From the IMG/VR virus record IMGVR_UViG_3300009181_007093: 64,000 bases of DNA; one strand, given 5' to 3'. Below are positions 58,204-64,000 of the stretch, in pieces. Source of the DNA: a virus. Positions within the stretch are counted from its first letter, which is position 1, and every line of letters starts with the position of its first letter. Made by a program: the position numbers and the translations under genes. The notes below the pieces were generated by a model, which made no database searches, was not told the DNA's origin, and worked only from the letters and a program-made list of their open reading frames with translations.

Positions 58204-58209
58204 TAGATA
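58204..58209 (+). promoter_or_regulatory. late promoter variant (TAGATA-N4-ATG)
   Basis: Recurrent spacing. Confidence 0.45.
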
Positions 58210-58213
58210 TGAC

Positions 58214-58564
58214 ATGGAATTTAAAACATGGCTTGGTGCCAAAAAAAAATCTGACGTTTGGAAAATAAAAAAAGACGCATTACTTGAACTATGGAGAAGT
58301 CAGAGTCCAGAATCGCCCATTGTTGTGAATCCTGTCCTAAAAGATCATATTGGATCAACATATGGAGAAGACACTATAAGGATCACAGGAAAGCCAGAAT
58401 TTATATCCTCAATTCTAGGAAGGATTAAATTTTTATTGGAATATGAATCAGAAGAAAATAGGTTAGTAGCCTCCTATAGAGAAACTCAATCGCCTAGCCA
58501 AGTAGAATTGGGAAATATTAAAAAATCTTACGTTTTTTATGCCTATATAAAGCAAAGAAAGTAA
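58214..58564 (+). CDS. hypothetical protein
   Basis: MEFKTWL N-terminus; 116 aa. Confidence 0.75.
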   Translation: MEFKTWLGAKKKSDVWKIKKDALLELWRSQSPESPIVVNPVLKDHIGSTYGEDTIRITGKPEFISSILGRIKFLLEYESEENRLVASYRETQSPSQVELGNIKKSYVFYAYIKQRK

Positions 58565-58571
58565 TGCCAAT

Positions 58572-58862
58572 ATGCAAACATTTAAAACATTTATAGAAGC
58601 AGCACCACCAATGCCGCCAGGTGGACCAGCAGATGCCCCAGCATCGAAGGGTTCTGCTCCTATGGGTGCTATGGGTGCTCCTCCTTCAATGGGACCTCCG
58701 CCATCTATGGGTCCTCCACCATCTATGGGAGGAGGACTACCTCCACCATCACTATCTGGAATGGGACCGACAGGAGGAGGAGGAGGAGCAACTGATAAGT
58801 CTTCGCCTTTAAAATTAAACGCTTATAATGTATGGGATGTTTTAGACGCAATATTGAGCTAG
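58572..58862 (+). CDS. Pro/Gly/Met-rich small protein with capsid-targeting-like N-terminus
   Basis: MQTFKTFIEA; MG(A/P)PPS x3. Confidence 0.7.
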   Translation: MQTFKTFIEAAPPMPPGGPADAPASKGSAPMGAMGAPPSMGPPPSMGPPPSMGGGLPPPSLSGMGPTGGGGGATDKSSPLKLNAYNVWDVLDAILS

Positions 58863-58863
58863 T

Positions 58864-59565
58864 TCATCCTACTTTACCGGGAGAATTATAAGTTTGTTCA
58901 TATTCTTGCTTAGCAACACGATAATATTTACCTTCAGCTTCTTTTACTAAATAATCACCTGGTTTTAATACCATATTCTCACCCCAAGGAGCAGCAAAAT
59001 TAACTTGCTCTTTTCCATTGTAAACAGCAACATTTCTAGGACTCTGTTCAGAATGGATTGGACCACCGATTTGACCCTGATACAACTTTGGAAATTTAGC
59101 TGATTTTATTACGTACTGCTCACGGTTAGGACCACTCATAACAACATCATTAAGCTCAGCAACATTCTGTGTTTCCTTGCCATCAGCAGTCATAGTAACA
59201 ACCGGCATTTGCTGCTGTGCTACAGCATAACTCATGGCAGGCATGCTTTCTGTAGATTGTATAAATTGATACATTAATTTCTTCTTACTAGTCGGCTGAA
59301 ATTGCAACTGAGAAGCAACTTGATTTATATCAACTTGTTGTGGCTGTTGTGGCTGCTGAGCCTGTGGAGCTTGAGCGTTTGGAGCTTCAGGAGCATTTTG
59401 AACTTGCTGCTCAGCTTCTTCATAAGCTTCTTCATTTATTAGCCCCGATAAAAACAAGTTATAGTTTTTTGACTCTGCAAAAGTTTGAACAGGTTTTTGC
59501 TCTTCTTTTTTACCCAACATTCTATTTAAAGAATCAAAAAAATCAATTGAACTTTGTTTTTTCAT
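58864..59565 (-). CDS. PGDYG-like domain protein
   Basis: T.DG.ET, GP..EQY, APWGE.M..KPGDYLV..YYRVA..EYE.TY; Q/A/P-rich linker. Confidence 0.6.
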   Translation of the reverse strand: MKKQSSIDFFDSLNRMLGKKEEQKPVQTFAESKNYNLFLSGLINEEAYEEAEQQVQNAPEAPNAQAPQAQQPQQPQQVDINQVASQLQFQPTSKKKLMYQFIQSTESMPAMSYAVAQQQMPVVTMTADGKETQNVAELNDVVMSGPNREQYVIKSAKFPKLYQGQIGGPIHSEQSPRNVAVYNGKEQVNFAAPWGENMVLKPGDYLVKEAEGKYYRVAKQEYEQTYNSPGKVG

Positions 59566-59627
59566 TTCTGCCCCTTATGAAGTAATGTGATTATATATGA
59601 AAGTAAATGCAGAAACAGTCTCTAGAA

Positions 59628-60359
59628 TCAAGACAAACCAACGGTTAAGTCTGTGGCTTCTCCCCAAATTATATTCTTATTAGCAACATATTCATTCGTG
59701 CTATCAATTTCATATAATCTTTCAATACTTAAATTTTGTGTTTTTTCTATATCTTGGCAAGGAAAGTTACATGTTCTAATATTATTATTATGAGAAATGA
59801 CAAGATTAAACTTAATGTCGCCAGATCTTGCCGAAAGATTATTGTGCTTTTGTGCTCTATATCTAAAGTTAACGTCGTCCCATCCCCATCCTAAATATTG
59901 ACTTTCATCATAGCCGTTTACGGAAAAAAAATGTTCTTTTTTCATGGCTATTTTTCCACAACACCCATGATTGTGAAATACATCTTCACTTCCACTTTGG
60001 AAAAAAATAGACTCCTCTTGAAATATACTTTCTAAATATTCACAAAATCCTTCTACAATAAAATTGTCAGCATCTAAATTGCAAAGAATATCCCCAGTAG
60101 CATTTTTATAAGCAATATTTTTAGCATGAGCAACATGAAAATACTCAGGAATTTGAGTGCGGCAGTATTTAACTAAACCCCAATCTTCCCATTTTCTAAG
60201 ATGTTTTTTAGACCAAGAATGAAGACCATCTGTACTGTTATAATCCATTATAACAAACTCTCTATTTTTATAAGAAGAAGAAGCATGAAGGTTTGATGGA
60301 AGCGTTTGTTCAAGATGATACAATCTGTTCTTGCATGTGGTGCAAAAAGATATTTTCAT
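59628..60359 (-). CDS. glycosyltransferase (GT2/GT7 galactosyltransferase-like)
   Basis: CTTCKNR, NLDAD, VNGYDE, GWGWDD. Confidence 0.85.
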   Translation of the reverse strand: MKISFCTTCKNRLYHLEQTLPSNLHASSSYKNREFVIMDYNSTDGLHSWSKKHLRKWEDWGLVKYCRTQIPEYFHVAHAKNIAYKNATGDILCNLDADNFIVEGFCEYLESIFQEESIFFQSGSEDVFHNHGCCGKIAMKKEHFFSVNGYDESQYLGWGWDDVNFRYRAQKHNNLSARSGDIKFNLVISHNNNIRTCNFPCQDIEKTQNLSIERLYEIDSTNEYVANKNIIWGEATDLTVGLS

Positions 60360-61099
60360 TTTGAAATTTCTTCTATTAAGTCCTGAACCTGCCTAGCAAA
60401 ATCTATTTGTTTTCCTATTAATGTTATTTCTCCCCGCCAATAGGAACCAGCTATCGGATACCACATATAGTGGTAATGATAAATTTCTGCATCAGGAAAT
60501 TTATCCCTTAGATTTTTGTCAATAGCAATTTCTATTGGTAAACTAGAAGAAACTATTTGCTCTGGAGAGCTTTCTGTTTCTATATCTAGGCATTTTTCTA
60601 AGAAGCTTCTTTTCCAAAAAGCAGCTTGTTGGCTAAACATCCATGGGCTGTTTCTTTTATATTTAAAAATCATTTCATTTTCAAAGAAATAATTCGTTTT
60701 TTCTAATTCATAGTATGCTGGCATATGGCTAGCCACTCTCAAAGAATCCCAATTATTTTTTTTCATTATTTCAAATAAACTTAAAAACATGTTTTTTGTC
60801 ATTCTGTCGGTCGGCCAGAAATCTTCTAACATGTAAAAAATGTATTCATAATCACATAGTTCTTTTTTAATTATTTTTCGCATCATTTCTATATGCGACA
60901 TTTTACCTGTTTTAATTTGTTTATATCTACCAGTAAGGTCTAAATCTATTGTTTCGTTGCAAAAATAAATCGTACAAGGAATATCTTGATCCCAATATTT
61001 TTTCATGGACCAAAATAAATTATTCCACGCTTCTCGGTATTTGTCGCAACTCTGTATCACAACACAGCATGAATGGTTTTCCACGGTATTTTGACTCAT
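60356..61099 (-). CDS. glycosyltransferase-like hypothetical protein
   Basis: SCDKY..W, YMLEDFW, Q.A.W.R.FL motifs; overlaps adjacent GT gene. Confidence 0.55.
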   Translation of the reverse strand: MSQNTVENHSCCVVIQSCDKYREAWNNLFWSMKKYWDQDIPCTIYFCNETIDLDLTGRYKQIKTGKMSHIEMMRKIIKKELCDYEYIFYMLEDFWPTDRMTKNMFLSLFEIMKKNNWDSLRVASHMPAYYELEKTNYFFENEMIFKYKRNSPWMFSQQAAFWKRSFLEKCLDIETESSPEQIVSSSLPIEIAIDKNLRDKFPDAEIYHYHYMWYPIAGSYWRGEITLIGKQIDFARQVQDLIEEISK

Positions 61100-61263
61100 T
61101 GCCGATGACTACCTGTTTTTGGAAACATAACATATATAAATAATATTGTCAATTTCCAATAATCGAATCAATCTAATTTTCATGAATTAAATTAATCAAA
61201 TCAGACTATCTTAGAAAGTTAAAATACACTATACTTAAAAAACAACTCAACAAAAGGAATAAA

Positions 61264-61710
61264 ATGAAAAAACAAAAATGGTATGAAATAGAAGATATGG
61301 ATGAATTCGTTTCTAGAATAAGAAAAATAGTTCTAGATGACTTTTTTGCAAATGAAGATAAAGAACAAAAAACAGATTTTACAGAATTATTTCATGAAAA
61401 TTATAACAATCTAGAAAACAAATTAACAATAGGAGAAGCTCATAATATAATAAAATCAATGGTGGAAAGCAAACAAACTGAAATTGGAACATACCAATTA
61501 ATTATATCTGCTAAAAACTTTGTAAAAATAATAGATTATTTAAATAGAAGGATTATTAGCAATATGCTAATGGAACTTGTTTCCACCGACAAAATAGAAA
61601 GTGCTTTTGACGATAAGCAAAATGAATTTGTTTTCTGGCGGAATGACAAATTAAAAACAAAAAAAACTATAAAAAAGATGTCAAAAAAGTCTCAGCCGCC
61701 ACCAATATGA
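61264..61710 (+). CDS. hypothetical protein
   Basis: 148-aa ORF with AAGGA RBS. Confidence 0.7.
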   Translation: MKKQKWYEIEDMDEFVSRIRKIVLDDFFANEDKEQKTDFTELFHENYNNLENKLTIGEAHNIIKSMVESKQTEIGTYQLIISAKNFVKIIDYLNRRIISNMLMELVSTDKIESAFDDKQNEFVFWRNDKLKTKKTIKKMSKKSQPPPI

Positions 61711-61815
61711 ATTGCCTGCACCCAAATTAAATCTTTCGTCTGGCTTCGTGTACGATCATAGGATAATTTCTCGTCACCATCTTAGCCAGTGGGCTTGAAA
61801 AAGCAGCCAAAAACA

Positions 61816-62913
61816 ATGCCAATTTATTTAACAGATGAACAAAAAGATGTAATAAGAGGCATTGTTAAGGATTTAAATAACGAACAAATAATTTGTCTCG
61901 GAGGTCATGCAGGCACAGGTAAAACCACAACAACTAAGGTTTTAACCGAAGCTCTTAAAAGAAAAGGATTAAATTTCAGTGCATGTGCTTTTACTGGTAA
62001 AGCCACGAACGTTTTAAGAAAAAAAGGAATAGATGCCGATACAATTCATGGCATTATCTATAAACCTTATAAAAATGAAGAAGGTGAAACAATATGGCAT
62101 TTAACCCATAAGTCTGATATTTTATCAAGGGGAATAGATGGGTTTATTGTCGATGAAGCATCAATGGTTAGCAAAGAAATCCATGATGATTTAGCATCAT
62201 TTGGATTGCCAATAATTTACGTTGGCGATCACGGTCAACTTGAACCAATTGGAACTAAATGCAACTTAATGAAAGATCCACGCCATAGATTAGAAAAAGT
62301 TCATAGAAATGCTGGAGAAATTGCTTTCTTCGCAGAACATTTAAGAAAAGGAAATCCAGCCATAACTTTCAATGATGCTAAAAAGGTGCAAATTGTCAAA
62401 GAATCTCTTATTGAAAATATACATCTATCAACAGTTGATCAAGTAATTTGTGCATTTAATAAAACACGTTCAAAATTAAATGAACGAGTTAGAATTCATA
62501 AAAATATACAAAATACTTATCTTACAAAAGGAGAAAAGGTAATATGTTTAAAAAATAATAAGCAATTAGGTCTGTTCAATGGAATGCAAGGGATTGTTAC
62601 AAAGATCCACAAAAAAGAAAGATTTGATTTTACATCAGATAATAAATTATTTGAAAATATTCACTTTGATGAAGATCAATTTGGAAAAGAGACAAATCAA
62701 TTTGTTTTTTCGCAAACATCAAATCCTTTTGATTATGCGTATGCAATTACAGCACATAAGTCACAGGGAGATGAATTTGGATCTGTTATTGCATTTGAGC
62801 AAAGATGCGATAAATGGGATCACATCCGTTGGTCATACACGGTAGCTTCCAGAGCTAAAACTTCATTAATTTGGGTTTATTACGAAACATTTTTGCCAAG
62901 TTATTTAAAATAA
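61816..62913 (+). CDS. Dda/RecD-like SF1B helicase
   Basis: LTDEQ, GHAGTGKT, FTGKA, TIH, VDEASMV, GDHGQLEP, YAITAHKSQG, YTVASRA. Confidence 0.92.
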   Translation: MPIYLTDEQKDVIRGIVKDLNNEQIICLGGHAGTGKTTTTKVLTEALKRKGLNFSACAFTGKATNVLRKKGIDADTIHGIIYKPYKNEEGETIWHLTHKSDILSRGIDGFIVDEASMVSKEIHDDLASFGLPIIYVGDHGQLEPIGTKCNLMKDPRHRLEKVHRNAGEIAFFAEHLRKGNPAITFNDAKKVQIVKESLIENIHLSTVDQVICAFNKTRSKLNERVRIHKNIQNTYLTKGEKVICLKNNKQLGLFNGMQGIVTKIHKKERFDFTSDNKLFENIHFDEDQFGKETNQFVFSQTSNPFDYAYAITAHKSQGDEFGSVIAFEQRCDKWDHIRWSYTVASRAKTSLIWVYYETFLPSYLK

Positions 62914-62920
62914 TGTCGGA

Positions 62921-63235
62921 TTATGATTTCTTGGAACGAACTGGAGGAGAAAATAGCTTAATAAGACCAGATGCTATATCTGAACCCAACAATTCTAAAA
63001 CCCTAACTTCCACAGAAGCTTGGGTATAATCACCAGCGGACACATAATCTTCTTTTTCCCATAGAATAAGAGGATAAGGACATGGTCTAATTTGTGCGAC
63101 AACGCTTTGACGTTTATTATCATCAACTATAATGACATTAAGTTCTGAAAGCGTTATGGGTTTTTGAACTCGCACTTCACCATTTGCTCTCGTAATAGTG
63201 GGTGGGGTAAAAGTTACGGGCTGGGCTAAAATCAT
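62921..63235 (-). CDS. hypothetical protein (possible fibre-associated)
   Basis: AAGGAG RBS; directly downstream of beta-helix gene. Confidence 0.7.
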   Translation of the reverse strand: MILAQPVTFTPPTITRANGEVRVQKPITLSELNVIIVDDNKRQSVVAQIRPCPYPLILWEKEDYVSAGDYTQASVEVRVLELLGSDIASGLIKLFSPPVRSKKS

Positions 63236-63256
63236 AAAAATCTCCTTTTGATTAAA

Positions 63257-64000
63257 TTAAAACATACCGAGAATATTGCTACCATTGATGCCGCTGCCAT
63301 GTGCTATTACTATAGTATTAGGAGCAGAAGGAGCATTATCTCCTATACCATATAGATTCTGTGAGTTTCCTCTAAATGTAATAGAATTAACATCTATAGA
63401 TCCCAGTAGTTGGGCGTTCTGATTAAAAAATAAATTCGTTCCAACATTGAAAGATGCAGAGTTAGCGGAATAAGAATTATGGTTAAATGTTGCATCTCCA
63501 TTTATAGCACCGGCGTTGTATGCACTATCATTGAATGTAGCGTCGTTAGACACCGTGCTGTAGAGTCCGTTGTATGAACTGTCGTTAAAAGTAGCGTTGT
63601 TAGACACTGTGCCTTCGTTGTGTGAAGTGACGTTAAAGGTTGCATCGTTGGTTACTGTACTGTTGGTGTTGTTGTATGAGATGCCATTGAAGATAGCATT
63701 GTAAACTGTTCCGTAGTCGGTATTAAATGAACTTTCATTAAAAGTAGCTTCGTTAGACACTGTTCCGTTGTTGGTTGAACTGCTGTTGAACGTAGCGTCG
63801 TGGGACACTGTGCTGCCGCTGTTGTTGTATGAGTTGTTGTTAAAAGTAGCGTCTCCATTCAAGATGTTGTTGTTATATGAACTGTTGTTGAATACCCAGT
63901 TTTGACCAGGCGTAGTAGTGAATGTCCATGCTGAGGAATCGTAAGTCCAACTGCTCCAGCCAGTATTTGAGTCGAGCGTGAAAGTTACAGCAGTATTTGA
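63257..64000 (-). CDS. beta-helix repeat protein (fibre/spike-like), 5' end beyond window
   Basis: Frame is open up to 64000; about 8 copies of DATFN.SS.N.GTVS; C-terminal GINGSNILG. Confidence 0.75.
   Translation of the reverse strand, partial: SNTAVTFTLDSNTGWSSWTYDSSAWTFTTTPGQNWVFNNSSYNNNILNGDATFNNNSYNNSGSTVSHDATFNSSSTNNGTVSNEATFNESSFNTDYGTVYNAIFNGISYNNTNSTVTNDATFNVTSHNEGTVSNNATFNDSSYNGLYSTVSNDATFNDSAYNAGAINGDATFNHNSYSANSASFNVGTNLFFNQNAQLLGSIDVNSITFRGNSQNLYGIGDNAPSAPNTIVIAHGSGINGSNILGMF

Noticed and set aside
1-64000. tRNA, tmRNA or rRNA genes
   Set aside because: No cloverleaf or T-loop/CCA signatures seen in intergenic gaps by eye; tRNAscan-SE/ARAGORN not run

Overview
This window is a 64 kb segment of a large, AT-rich, T4-like/jumbo tailed dsDNA phage. 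No rRNA, tRNA or CRISPR array was seen. The core replication/recombination block comprises UvsX/RecA, a gp32-like SSB, a UvsY-like protein, gp41/DnaB, a short PolA, UvsW, gp46/47 (SbcCD), a Dda/RecD-like helicase, a Ski2/Hel308-like helicase and a Holliday junction resolvase. Nucleotide metabolism genes include dNMP kinase, dCMP deaminase, GuaC and a class II RNR. Accessory genes include L-lysine 6-transaminase, about seven glycosyltransferase-like genes, two methyltransferases, a MoxR/VWA pair and Cys-rich structural proteins, among them a 2644-aa fibre with 20 Ig-like repeats and an FGE/C-lectin tip. Most notable are: (1) an unannotated ~450-nt highly base-paired minus-strand RNA candidate between a 21-bp tandem repeat array and a minimal PolA gene; (2) an NrdJ that needs both cis-splicing and trans-splicing, through a naturally split intein (+1 Thr) fractured by a Vsr-like endonuclease gene; (3) a second sRNA candidate with its own promoter and terminator; (4) a family of proteins with T4-like capsid-targeting N-termini, and genes driven by leaderless TA(A/T/G)ATA-N4-ATG late promoters; (5) a duplicated promoter-gene-terminator mini-cassette. 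Several motifs hint at a Planctomycetota host (inference).
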